The notes beneath the pieces were generated by a model that saw nothing but the letters and a program-made list of their open reading frames with translations, was not told where the DNA came from and did no database searches. A stretch of 64,000 nucleotides of DNA from Anaeromyxobacteraceae bacterium (GTDB lineage: Bacteria > Myxococcota > Myxococcia > Myxococcales > Anaeromyxobacteraceae). Positions within the stretch are counted from its first letter, which is position 1. The number at the start of each line of letters is the position of its first letter. Below, piece by piece: positions 53,132-62,189 of the stretch. The DNA lies in assembly GCA_032654565.1 (NCBI GenBank), contig JAULAX010000015.1:416001-480000 (forward strand), read 5' to 3'. The translations under genes were made by a program, and so were the position numbers.

Positions 53132-53958
53132 TCCGCTCCAGCTTCCGGCTCACCCCCGGGGTGGGGGCCTGGCTCGAGTCGAGGCTCTGGGACGCCGGGG
53201 TGCGGACCTGGGACGACCTGCCCGAGGGGGCGCTGCCGGCGGTGGGGCCGAAGGTGGCGGCCCGGCTGCGCGACGCCGTGGCCCGGGCCGGGGAGGCGCT
53301 GGCGGCGCGCGACGCCGAGGCGCTGGCGCGGCTGCTGCCGCGGGCCGAGCGCTGGCGGCTCTACGCCGCCTTCGCCGAGGAGACCGCCTTCCTCGACATC
53401 GAGACCGACGGCACCGACCGGATCACCGCCATCGGCCTGCTCGACCGCGCCGGGCCGCGGGTGCTGCTGGCGGGGCGCGACCTGGGCGACTTCGAGGCCA
53501 TCGCGGCGGGCTGGAAGCTGCTCGGCACCTTCAACGGGCAGGCCTTCGACGTGCCGGTGCTGCGCCGGACCTTCCCGCGCTGGACGCCGCCGCTGGCCCA
53601 CGTCGACCTCTGCCACCTGTGGCGGCGGCTCGGCCACGCCGGCGGCCTCAAGGCGCTGGAGGTGGCCGAGGGGCTGCACCGGCCGCCGCACCTGGCCGGC
53701 CTCTCCGGGCTCGACGCCATCCGGCTCTGGCAGGCCTGGCTCGACGGCGACCGCGCCGCGCTCCGGCTGCTCTGCGAGTACAACCTCTACGACGCCGTCC
53801 ACCTGCGGACGCTGATGGACCGCGGCTACAACCGGATGCTGGCGCGGCTGCGCTTGCCGGGGGCGCCGGTGGCGGTGGCCGAGCCGGCCGACTTCCGCGA
53901 CGCCGTGGCCGGGGCGCTGCGGGCCCTCCAGGCCGGCGGCGAGGCGGCGGGGCGTTGA
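53128..53958 (+). CDS. YprB/RNase_H_2-like DEDD exonuclease
   Basis: GTGA overlap with the helicase. ExoI FLDIET, ExoII FNGQAFD, HVDL, GGLKALE, ExoIII YNLYD, and an N-terminal HhH-like PGVG. Confidence 0.87.
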   Translation: MIRSSFRLTPGVGAWLESRLWDAGVRTWDDLPEGALPAVGPKVAARLRDAVARAGEALAARDAEALARLLPRAERWRLYAAFAEETAFLDIETDGTDRITAIGLLDRAGPRVLLAGRDLGDFEAIAAGWKLLGTFNGQAFDVPVLRRTFPRWTPPLAHVDLCHLWRRLGHAGGLKALEVAEGLHRPPHLAGLSGLDAIRLWQAWLDGDRAALRLLCEYNLYDAVHLRTLMDRGYNRMLARLRLPGAPVAVAEPADFRDAVAGALRALQAGGEAAGR

Positions 53959-53960
53959 GC

Positions 53961-54002
53961 GGTGGGTGGCAGGTGGTGGGTGGTGGGTGGTGGGTGGCAC
54001 GA
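53961..54002 (+). repeat. Short heptamer tandem repeat (GGTGGGT/GGCAGGT) x6
   Basis: ggtgggt ggcaggt ggtgggt ggtgggt ggtgggt ggcacga, immediately after the exonuclease stop. Confidence 0.75.
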
Positions 54003-54118
54003 GCGGGTGACAGCAGACCCATGGGTCACCGGTGGTGGCCGCCAGGTGCGCGGATCGACTCGAATCCCGCGGCCTTCGACTTGCACGGGGTGGGGCAGAG
54101 CCCTGGTGGCTCCACGCC

Positions 54119-55597
54119 ATGACCCTTGTCGAATACGTCTGCGTCTTCGTCCGCGCCACCGGCGCCAGGCTGCTGGCCGCCGAGCGGCTGGTCTGCTCCC
54201 TGCCGAACCTGCTGGGGCCGGCGCTGGTCGAGTGCGACCTGGTCTACCAGACCTCCTCACGCTCCCTGGTGGTGCTGCTGCGCTTCACCCCGGAGGCCTT
54301 CGACGACGGGCTGCGGACCCGCCTCACCTTCTGGGCGGCGCGAGCCGGCGGCCGGGCCAGCTCGGTGAGCGGCATGCCCGAGGCCGAGCGCGGCGCCCTC
54401 CAGCACCACCTCGAGGGGTGCGCCCTGCAGCTGCGGGGCGTGGCACCCGAGACCACCTTCGACGCCGTCGGGCCGTTCTTCACCGAGGCCGGGGCGCCCG
54501 AGCTGCGCCGCCGCTCCCAGGCCGACCGGCCCATGCTGGTGGTGGACGTGGGGGGCCCGGGCTGGGAGGGCGTGGGGTACGACCCGGCCAGCCGGGAGCT
54601 CTTCCTGCCCTCGCCCATGTCGCCCCCGGTCGGCGACGAGCTGATGATGGTGGTCCGCGCCGGCGGCGTCGACAAGCCGGTCGGGGTGCGGGCCCGGGTG
54701 CTCAGCCTGCGCACCGCGGCCGACGCCGAGCCCGGCAAGCCGGCCGGCTTCACGCTCGGCATCCCCGAGGCGGCCCCCTCGATCCGCGCCCTGCTCGAGC
54801 AGACGGCGCCGATCGCCCCGTACGGCGCCCGGGTGGCGCCGCGCTACGCGGTGCGGGCCCCGGTCAAGATCCGGCCGGTGGAGGTGGCCCACACGCCGGT
54901 GCCGGCCTCGATGCCGGCGGTGGTCCCGGCCCGCGGCGCCACCATCGAGTACGCCACCGACCAGGAGCTGGAGGCTGACTTCATCGAGAACCTCTCGCAG
55001 GGCGGCGCCTTCGTCCGCTCCGCCAACCCGGCGCCCATGGGCACGCCGCTGTCGCTCCACTTCCGGCTCCCCAACGGCACCGAGCTGAACGCGCCGGCGG
55101 TGGTGGCCTTCGTCAACCGCAACGGCATGGGGGTCCGCTTCACGCTCGACGCCCAGGGCGAGGCCACGCTGCAGGCCGCCATCGCCCACCTCTCGGCCCG
55201 GCCGCGGCGGGCGGTGGTGGTGGACGACGATGGCCCCATGCGCCGGATGCTGGCCGACGCCCTCACCGAGCGCGGCTTCGAGGTGGTGACCGCCGCCGAC
55301 GCCGCCGACGGCATGCACATCATCTCCGAGGAGCTGCTCGGCCTCGACCTGCTGCTCACCGACATCTTCATGCCCGGGATGGACGGCGAGGAGTTCGTGC
55401 GCACCATCCGCAACGCCGGCGGCGAGACCGAGCTGGCCATCGTGGTGGTCACCGGGAAGATGGACTTCGAGCTGGAGCAGCAGCTGGAGGCCGCCGGGGC
55501 CGACGCCGTGCTCGACAAGGCGCTGGGGCCGGAGCTGGTGGCCCAGGCCGCCGACGCGGCGCTGGAGCGGAAGCGGGCCGGGCGCTCCGCGGCGTGA
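54119..55597 (+). CDS. PilZ-like + PilZ + receiver domain protein
   Basis: RVAPR (RxxxR) and ENLSQGGAF (NxSxxG) with GMGVRF. Degenerate first PilZ (ELFL...PVGD..GFTL). Receiver VVVDD...LTDIFMP...DK. Confidence 0.82.
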   Translation: MTLVEYVCVFVRATGARLLAAERLVCSLPNLLGPALVECDLVYQTSSRSLVVLLRFTPEAFDDGLRTRLTFWAARAGGRASSVSGMPEAERGALQHHLEGCALQLRGVAPETTFDAVGPFFTEAGAPELRRRSQADRPMLVVDVGGPGWEGVGYDPASRELFLPSPMSPPVGDELMMVVRAGGVDKPVGVRARVLSLRTAADAEPGKPAGFTLGIPEAAPSIRALLEQTAPIAPYGARVAPRYAVRAPVKIRPVEVAHTPVPASMPAVVPARGATIEYATDQELEADFIENLSQGGAFVRSANPAPMGTPLSLHFRLPNGTELNAPAVVAFVNRNGMGVRFTLDAQGEATLQAAIAHLSARPRRAVVVDDDGPMRRMLADALTERGFEVVTAADAADGMHIISEELLGLDLLLTDIFMPGMDGEEFVRTIRNAGGETELAIVVVTGKMDFELEQQLEAAGADAVLDKALGPELVAQAADAALERKRAGRSAA

Positions 55598-55610
55598 GCG
55601 ACCTGCCGGG

Positions 55611-57806
55611 CTAGGGCCCGAGCGTGCAGGTCTGACCCAGCCGTGAGCAGCTCACCCCGGTGATCCGCGAGGTGGTCTGGACCCGGTTGACGCCGTCGTC
55701 GACGGTGACCTGCACCGTGAGCGGGAGGACCGGGTTGGCGAGCCAGGCGCTGGCGTCATCCGCGAAGACGGTCCGCTGCGAGCCGCCGTACGCGGCCGGG
55801 AGGTAGCTGACCTGCACCGGGTCGCCGTCGGCGTCGCTGGCGGAGACCGGCAGCGGGACCATGCTGGAGTTGGTCCTCCACTGGCTCGTCCCGCAGGTGC
55901 CGGTGTCGGGGTCCCACCGGGTGCAGATGCAGGCGCAGGAGTCGGCCGGCCCCTCGAGCGCCGTGGCCGCGGGGGCGCCGTTCTGGATGTGGACCACGGT
56001 GGCCTGCGCCGCGCTCTCCCAGCCGTCGAAGGCCTGGAGCACCAGCGCGTGGTCGCCGGCGAAGCTGGCCAGCGGCGGCAGCCCGGGCCCCGGGAGGTAG
56101 GCCCGGGCGCAGGCGACGCTCCCCTCGCCGCCGACCAGCGCGAAGTGCGAGCAGGAGGCGTCACCCAGGCTCCCCGCGGTGGTGAGCGGGTCGCCGTCGG
56201 GGTCCTCGAAGGCCGACAGCGGCGCGCTGGCGACGTAGGCCTGGAGCGTCGGGTCGTAGCGGTGCGGGACCGTCACCGAGGCGCTGGCGCGTCTCAGGAC
56301 CGGCGGCCGGTTGGAGATGGTCACCGGCACGGCCAGGGTCCCGGAGGCGCCGAACGGGTCGGCCGAGGTGGCCACCAGGGAGAAGGGCGAGGTGCCGTCG
56401 GGCTGCCGGAACTGGCCGGGCGCCGAGACCGCGGTGGCGAAGCGGAAGGCGGTCACGCCGGCGGCGGCGGTGGCCTCCCCCATGCACGCGGTGAGGCCCA
56501 GCGCCCAGGTGGCGGCGACCCCGGGGCTGGTCACCGGATCGCCGTCGGGGTCGACCGCCGCGAAGGTGGCGCTCCCGGCGGCGATGAAGCAGGCGCCGGA
56601 GCCGTCGGGACATGGGCCCACCGAGTGGCCGACCCCCACCTGGCCACCGGCCGGGTTGGAGGCGAGCCGGAGCTCCGGTGGCCGGTTGCCGATCACGACC
56701 TGGAAGCCGGCCTCGGTGGCCGCGCCGTTGCCGTCGGCGGCGCTGACACGGATGGTCCGGGTGGCCAGCCCGATCAGGCGGGTGGGATCGACGCAGCGGG
56801 TGTCGAAGGTGACGCTCCCCCCCGAGACCGGGCCGAGGTGGCTGGCGCAGCCGTCGGTGCCGGCCTCCTCGAGCGCGACGGTGAGCGAGATGGGATCGCC
56901 GTCGGGGTCGGTGGCGGGCAGCGCCAGCGTGCCGCTGGCCAGGTAGGCGCCGTCCCGATACAGGTGGTCGATGGCGAAGGGCTGGCCGGTGAGCAGCGGG
57001 GGGCGGTTGCCGATCTCGACCAGCTGCTCGGCCTGGCCCACCAGCCCGGCCGGGTTGGTGGCCCGCAGCCGGAAGCGCCAGCCCCCGGCGATGGGGCCGC
57101 CCGGGGTCTCCAGCCAGGCCTCGGTCGAGAGGCTGGCCTCGCCGTTGGCGTAGGTCACCGTCGCCCTGGGGTCGGCGCCGTCCGGCGGCACCAGGCGCCA
57201 GCGGGCGGAGGTGGCGGCCCCGGCCGGATCCGAGACGGCCGCCGAGAGCGGCAGCGAGACCGCGCTGCCCCCCAGCGCCGGCCGGCAGGCGAACGGGGCG
57301 CCGCCGCAGGCGTGATCCACCACCAGCTTCGGACCGGGGGTGACCACCGGCGCCCCGCTGGCCGCCGTCACCTCGATGACCTGCCGGGCCGGCGGGCTCT
57401 GCCCCCCGCGGCCGTCCTCGGCCACCACCGACACCTCGTAGCTACCGGCGCACCAGAAGACCACCTCCAGCTTCGGCCCGGTGCTCGGCTCCGGCTCGGC
57501 GGCGCAGGCGGCGCCGATCGCGATCACCGTCCAGCCGAGCCGGGTGACGGTGTCGCCGGCGTCCGGGTCGGTGGCGACGGCGTCGAGGAAGAGGACCCGG
57601 TGGGTGGTGGGGGCGGCGGGGAGGGCCAGGGTGACGGCCGGCGGGCGGTTGGCGACGCAGGCCGACTGGATGCAGAGCGCGCCGGGGCCGCACTCGGCGT
57701 CGGTGGTGCAGGAGCGCACCGGCTCGCCGGCGCCACCGCAGCCGGCGAGGAGGAGGGCGAGCGGGAGGGGCCAGGGCGCGCCGGCGGCGCGACGGGGAGT
57801 GGACAT
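55611..57806 (-). CDS. Large surface lipoprotein with Cys-knot N-terminus and cadherin/Ig-like repeats
   Basis: Lipobox LAGC, CTTDAECGPGALCIQSAC, recurring NRPP and D(P/A)DGD motifs, Cys-rich C-terminus. Confidence 0.8.
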   Translation of the reverse strand: MSTPRRAAGAPWPLPLALLLAGCGGAGEPVRSCTTDAECGPGALCIQSACVANRPPAVTLALPAAPTTHRVLFLDAVATDPDAGDTVTRLGWTVIAIGAACAAEPEPSTGPKLEVVFWCAGSYEVSVVAEDGRGGQSPPARQVIEVTAASGAPVVTPGPKLVVDHACGGAPFACRPALGGSAVSLPLSAAVSDPAGAATSARWRLVPPDGADPRATVTYANGEASLSTEAWLETPGGPIAGGWRFRLRATNPAGLVGQAEQLVEIGNRPPLLTGQPFAIDHLYRDGAYLASGTLALPATDPDGDPISLTVALEEAGTDGCASHLGPVSGGSVTFDTRCVDPTRLIGLATRTIRVSAADGNGAATEAGFQVVIGNRPPELRLASNPAGGQVGVGHSVGPCPDGSGACFIAAGSATFAAVDPDGDPVTSPGVAATWALGLTACMGEATAAAGVTAFRFATAVSAPGQFRQPDGTSPFSLVATSADPFGASGTLAVPVTISNRPPVLRRASASVTVPHRYDPTLQAYVASAPLSAFEDPDGDPLTTAGSLGDASCSHFALVGGEGSVACARAYLPGPGLPPLASFAGDHALVLQAFDGWESAAQATVVHIQNGAPAATALEGPADSCACICTRWDPDTGTCGTSQWRTNSSMVPLPVSASDADGDPVQVSYLPAAYGGSQRTVFADDASAWLANPVLPLTVQVTVDDGVNRVQTTSRITGVSCSRLGQTCTLGP

Positions 57807-57870
57807 GGGCGCTGCTCCTAGGTGTGCAACCGTACAATGAGTGGAGGAGGCTGATCTGCCGGAAAGTGAC

Positions 57871-57886
57871 TGCCACCGGCATGCCA
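57871..57886 (-). promoter_or_regulatory. Candidate sigma54 promoter for the Ig lipoprotein
   Basis: Minus strand TGGCATG-CCGG-TGGCA (GG-N10-GC), 65 nt upstream of ATG 57806. Confidence 0.55.
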
Positions 57887-58112
57887 GCCGCCGGAGTCGG
57901 GAAAACCCGCATGGATCCGGAGCGGTGGCCGGCGGGGCCCTGGCGTGACCGGCCGTCTCACGGACCTGTGGTCCGCCGATTGGACGCCTCCTCCGGGGGA
58001 TTGGTGCCGGGATCACGGCCCTGCAGTGAGCGCATGCTCCTTGCAACGTCCGGTGGAGTGTGATGAAGACGGAGAGTCCCAGTACCGCACGTCGCCGAGG
58101 TCGAGGCCCCTC

Positions 58113-58754
58113 ATGCCCCTGACCACAGCCCTGCTGTTCTCGCTGGCCCTCGGCGCCGGCGGCGACCGGCTCCTGCTGTGCCGGCCGGCGCTGGCCGGCG
58201 ACCCGGCGCTGGCCCGCCCCGAGGCGCTGCTGGAGGCGGGCCGGTCGCTGGGGCGGGACCTGCTCGACTACGGCGTGGCCTGCGACTCGCCCTCGGAGGC
58301 GGCGCGGGCCGCCGGCCGGGCCGGGCTGACCCGGGCCATCTCCTCGGTGGCGGCCGGAGCCCCCGACGGCAGCCGCTACACGCTGATCCTCACCACCGCC
58401 AGCGAGGAGGAGCTGGGGCGCCGCTCGCTGCAGGTGGCCACCGGCGTCGACCCGGTCGGCCCGCTGGCCGCGGCGCTGCGCGGGCTGCGGCGCGAGGCCG
58501 GGCTGGCGCGGCCGGGCTGGGCGCGGCCGACGGCCTGGTCGCTGGTCGGCGGCGGGGCCGCGGCGCTGGCGGCGGGGGTGGTGTTCGGACTGCAGGCCCG
58601 CGACGCGGCGCGGCGGGCCGACGCCGCCACCTCGCCGGCGGGCTGGCTGGCGGCGGAGCGGTCCTGGAAGAGCCAGCGGACCCGGAGCGGCGCGGCGCTG
58701 GCGGTGGGCGGCGTGGCGGTGGCGGGCGGGGCGGTCATCTGGTGGACGTTCTGA
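58113..58754 (+). CDS. Hypothetical exported protein with C-terminal Gly/Ala-rich hydrophobic hairpin
   Basis: ATG 58113 after GAGG. Signal-like N-terminus. Two hydrophobic helices, WSLVGGGAAALAAGVVFG and ALAVGGVAVAGGAVIWW. Confidence 0.7.
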   Translation: MPLTTALLFSLALGAGGDRLLLCRPALAGDPALARPEALLEAGRSLGRDLLDYGVACDSPSEAARAAGRAGLTRAISSVAAGAPDGSRYTLILTTASEEELGRRSLQVATGVDPVGPLAAALRGLRREAGLARPGWARPTAWSLVGGGAAALAAGVVFGLQARDAARRADAATSPAGWLAAERSWKSQRTRSGAALAVGGVAVAGGAVIWWTF

Positions 58755-58768
58755 ACGGGAGGCGGGCG

Positions 58769-60337
58769 ATGCGGAGCCTGGGCGCGGTGACGGTGATGGT
58801 GATGGTGACGGGCCTGGAGCTGGCGGGCTGCGGCTCGCCGGCCCCGCGCGACCGGTGCACCAGCGACGCCCAGTGCGCCGCCGGCCAGTACTGCGCCGCC
58901 GGCGGGGTCTGCTGGGCCGACGCGGTGGCCCCGGTGATCGTCTCGGCCCAGGTCACCTGCCCCTCCCCCTGCCTGCGCGACTCGACGGTGGCGGTCCAGG
59001 TCACCGCCACCGACGACGCCCGGCTGGCGGCGGTGACGGTCCGGCTCGACCTGGCGCCCGGGCTGGTGGTGCCGCTGACGCTCCAGGGGGGCGCCTGGCG
59101 CGGCAGCCTGGCGCTCGGCGACTGGCCCTTCCCGGCCTTCGAGCGGACGGTGGAGGCGACGGTGGAGGCGCGCGACGGGGCGGGGAACAAGGTGACGACG
59201 GCGAGGACGTTCGGGCCGGCGACGAGGTTGAGGTGGGCGGTCGAGTTCGCGCCGGGCGAGGTGGCGGTGCCGGGCGCGGTGGCGGTCGATGCACAGGGGA
59301 CGGCGGTCTTCGGCGGCTCCAACGCCAAGGTTCACTTCATCGGGCTGGATGGCACCGCGAAGCGGAGCCCGGTGGCCGTAGGGAACGGCCTGCTGACCGC
59401 GCCGGTGGTGGTGGGGCCCGACAGCCTGGGGAGCGACGGCGTCTGGGTGCCGAGCGACGACGGGAAGGTCTACCGGGTGACGGTGCCGGCGGCGGCGGCG
59501 GAGCCGGTGGTGGTGGGGGTGGTGTGCGACACGGGAGCGGCGGTGAAAGGACTGGCGCTTGGTGCGACTTATGAACCCCTCGCTTCCTCCAACCTCGGCG
59601 TCTTCTACTCCGGGCGGTGCCGCAACTCACCGACCTACACCGGGGAAGTCCTCTACCCGCCGACCGCCAGGGGAGCGAACTTCTTCGGCGCAGAGGGAAA
59701 CAGGCTTCATGCGCTCAATCTCAATACGCAGGGAATTCCCGTAGAGGACCCGTCCGCCTCCGCCTCGCTCTCCGCCCCCATCGCCGCTCCCCTCGCCATC
59801 CGCTCCGCCACCGAGCTCCTCGCCCTCACCAACCTCGGCGCCACCGGCGCCCTCGTCTCCGTCTCACCCGCCGGCGTCCCCACCACGCTGGCCACCACCG
59901 GCGTCCCAGCCGACGGCCCGGTGGTGCGCCAGAACGGCGAGGTCCTGGTCCCGGAGAAGGAGAAGGCGCTCTCCTGCTGGAGCGGCGCCGGCGTGCTCCG
60001 CTGGCGCCACGCCACCTTCACCGGCGTCCCGCTCACGCCGCTGCTGCTCGACGGCGACGACGCCGTGGTGGTGGCCGACGGGCGCGGCAGCCTGACCGCG
60101 CTCGACGCCGCCGGCCAGGTGCGCTGGACCACGCAGCTGGCCCCGGTGGCCACGCCGCTCCACCCCCTCAACCTCCACGCGCCGGCCGGGGCCACCCGCT
60201 CCACCGGCTACGTCCCGGCCGCCAACGGCCTGCTCTACGCCGTCATCCTCGACGGCCGGCTCGACGCCACCGCCCCCTGGCCCAAGGCCTTCCACGATCC
60301 CCGCAACACCGGCAACGCCGCCACCCCGCTCCCGTGA
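58769..60337 (+). CDS. Lipoprotein with Cys-knot, Ig-like domain and PQQ/BamB-like beta-propeller
   Basis: SD GGAGG, lipobox LAGC, CTSDAQCAAGQYCAAGGVC, ARDGAGN, G-x-x-RW blade motifs, C-terminal WPKAFHDPRNTG. Confidence 0.82.
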   Translation: MRSLGAVTVMVMVTGLELAGCGSPAPRDRCTSDAQCAAGQYCAAGGVCWADAVAPVIVSAQVTCPSPCLRDSTVAVQVTATDDARLAAVTVRLDLAPGLVVPLTLQGGAWRGSLALGDWPFPAFERTVEATVEARDGAGNKVTTARTFGPATRLRWAVEFAPGEVAVPGAVAVDAQGTAVFGGSNAKVHFIGLDGTAKRSPVAVGNGLLTAPVVVGPDSLGSDGVWVPSDDGKVYRVTVPAAAAEPVVVGVVCDTGAAVKGLALGATYEPLASSNLGVFYSGRCRNSPTYTGEVLYPPTARGANFFGAEGNRLHALNLNTQGIPVEDPSASASLSAPIAAPLAIRSATELLALTNLGATGALVSVSPAGVPTTLATTGVPADGPVVRQNGEVLVPEKEKALSCWSGAGVLRWRHATFTGVPLTPLLLDGDDAVVVADGRGSLTALDAAGQVRWTTQLAPVATPLHPLNLHAPAGATRSTGYVPAANGLLYAVILDGRLDATAPWPKAFHDPRNTGNAATPLP

Positions 60338-62127
60338 TCGCCCTCGCCGCCCTCGCCGCCCTGGCCCTGCTGGCGCCGCCGCGCGCCGGCGAGCGGACCG
60401 CCGTGCTGGCCGTGCACGAGCCGGCGGCGCTCGACCTCGATCTCATCGAGCTGACCCACCAGCTCCGCGCCGCCTGCGCCGAGCGGGTCCCCGGGGTGCT
60501 GCAGGCGCCGGAGATGCGGGCCCGGCTCTCCGGGCGGACCGGCAACGCCACCGCCGCCGAGCTGGACCGGGCCTTCAACGGGGCGCTGGCCGTCTACCAG
60601 AACGGGGAGTACGAGAGCGCCGAGCGCACCCTCAAGGCCATCGTCGCCGACCTGGAGGAGCTCCCGGAGAGCGAGGGGGTCTGGCAGCAGTGGACCCGGG
60701 CCATGATGCGCCTCTCCCACGTGCAGTTCACGCTGGGGCAGCGCGACGCCTCCGACGCCACCCAGCTGGCGGTGCTCAAGGTCGACTCCTCGCACCAGCT
60801 CGACCCCATGCTCTACGCCCCCGGCTACCGGGCCCACTTCGACGACCTGCGGGCCCGGGTCCGGGCCATGCCCAAGCGGCGGCTCACCGTGACCACCCGC
60901 GGCCGGGCCGGGACCATCTACGTGGGCGGGCGCGACGTCGGGCTCTCGCCGGTGACGGTGATCCTGCCGGCCGGCGGCTACCGGGTGGCGGGCGCCGCCG
61001 GCGAGCTGCGCCCCCCGTCGGTCACCGTCGACCTGGCGGTCGAGGACCGGAGCGTCACCCTCGACTTCTCGCTGGCCGAGTCGGTCCGCATCGGCAACGG
61101 GCCGGCCCTGGCGCTGCCGGCCGGCGACCGCGGCGGCCCGCTGGTGAAGGCCGGGGCCTGGCTGGGCGTGGACCGGCTGGTGGTCACCTCGCGGATGGTG
61201 GAGGGGGACGCCCCGTTCCTGGTGGGGTCGGTCTACGACGTCCGGCGCGGGGCGCTCCTGCGCGAGGGGAGCGTCCGGGTGGTGGCCGGCGCGGTGCCGG
61301 GCGGGAGCCTGGGAGCCCTGGCCGCCTTCCTGCTCACCGGCACCCCGTCACGGGAAGTGAACGACCGGGTGCGGCTGGCGGGGCGGCCGCCGCCGCCGCC
61401 GCCGACCCCGCCCCGGCCGGCGGCCCCACCGCCGCTGCCGTCGAGCTCGCCGCCGCCACCGTCGCCGCCGCCACCGCCGAGCTCGACGACGCAGGCCCAA
61501 TCGTCGGTGCAGAGCGCGCCACCGACCACGCCGCTGCCACCGCCGCCGCGCGCCGCCGCGTCCCGCCCCGCCGCGCCACCGTCCCGGCCGGTCCTCGCCG
61601 CGTCTCCGTCTCCGCTCTCCCTCGCGCCGCCTCCCCGGCCGGTGGCCGCCCCGGTGCCGTCTGCGCGCGCCGGCACGGCGCCCCCCGCCTCGCCGGCGCT
61701 CGCCTCCGACGTCGCGGCGGCGCCCGCCCCCGAGCCGGTCCGCCGGGCCGACACCCCGACCGCGCCGGACCTCACGGCGCGTCCACCCACAGACGATCCG
61801 CTCGCCGCCGCCGTGGCCGCCCCACGGTCCGACGCCCCCTCGCGGCCGCGCCCGGCCTGGGTCAAGCCGGTCACCATCGGCGCCGGGGTGCTGGCGCTCG
61901 GCCTGGCCGGCGCCGCGGTCCAGCAGGGGCTCTCGGCCCGGAGCGCCTACGCCGACGCCGACGCCATGGTGCTCCCCGGCGGCATCCTCGCCCCCGGGGT
62001 GAGCCCGGCGACGCGGGCCGCCGCCATCGACCGCGGCGACGCCGCCAGCCGCAACGCCTGGCTCACCGGCAGCGGCGCCCTGCTCAGCGCCGCCGGCGCC
62101 GGCCTGCTCTGGTGGCTCTCGCCATGA
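60334..62127 (+). CDS. TPR/PEGA-like exported protein with Pro-rich linker and C-terminal hydrophobic hairpin
   Basis: GTGA overlap, signal peptide, TPR-like helices, PEGA-like TIYVGGRDVGLSPVTVILPAGGYRV, long Pro-rich tract, two terminal Gly/Ala helices. Confidence 0.78.
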   Translation: MIALAALAALALLAPPRAGERTAVLAVHEPAALDLDLIELTHQLRAACAERVPGVLQAPEMRARLSGRTGNATAAELDRAFNGALAVYQNGEYESAERTLKAIVADLEELPESEGVWQQWTRAMMRLSHVQFTLGQRDASDATQLAVLKVDSSHQLDPMLYAPGYRAHFDDLRARVRAMPKRRLTVTTRGRAGTIYVGGRDVGLSPVTVILPAGGYRVAGAAGELRPPSVTVDLAVEDRSVTLDFSLAESVRIGNGPALALPAGDRGGPLVKAGAWLGVDRLVVTSRMVEGDAPFLVGSVYDVRRGALLREGSVRVVAGAVPGGSLGALAAFLLTGTPSREVNDRVRLAGRPPPPPPTPPRPAAPPPLPSSSPPPPSPPPPPSSTTQAQSSVQSAPPTTPLPPPPRAAASRPAAPPSRPVLAASPSPLSLAPPPRPVAAPVPSARAGTAPPASPALASDVAAAPAPEPVRRADTPTAPDLTARPPTDDPLAAAVAAPRSDAPSRPRPAWVKPVTIGAGVLALGLAGAAVQQGLSARSAYADADAMVLPGGILAPGVSPATRAAAIDRGDAASRNAWLTGSGALLSAAGAGLLWWLSP

Positions 62128-62189
62128 GCCGCGCCACGCGCTAGAACCGGCGCTCCGGCCCATCCCTCGCGGGGCCGCTGGGAGCCGCC

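Noticed and set aside
51157..53958. 933-aa ORF suggesting a helicase-exonuclease fusion
   Set aside because: The helicase is in a different frame with its own stop at 53131. The junction is an ordinary GTGA overlap.
58030..58045. GCGCATG-CTCC-TTGCA as a rightward sigma54 promoter
   Set aside because: Lacks the invariant GG at -24.
61380..61850. Atypical codon usage in the PEGA-like gene
   Set aside because: Explained by a Pro/Ser/Ala low-complexity linker. The frame is intact.
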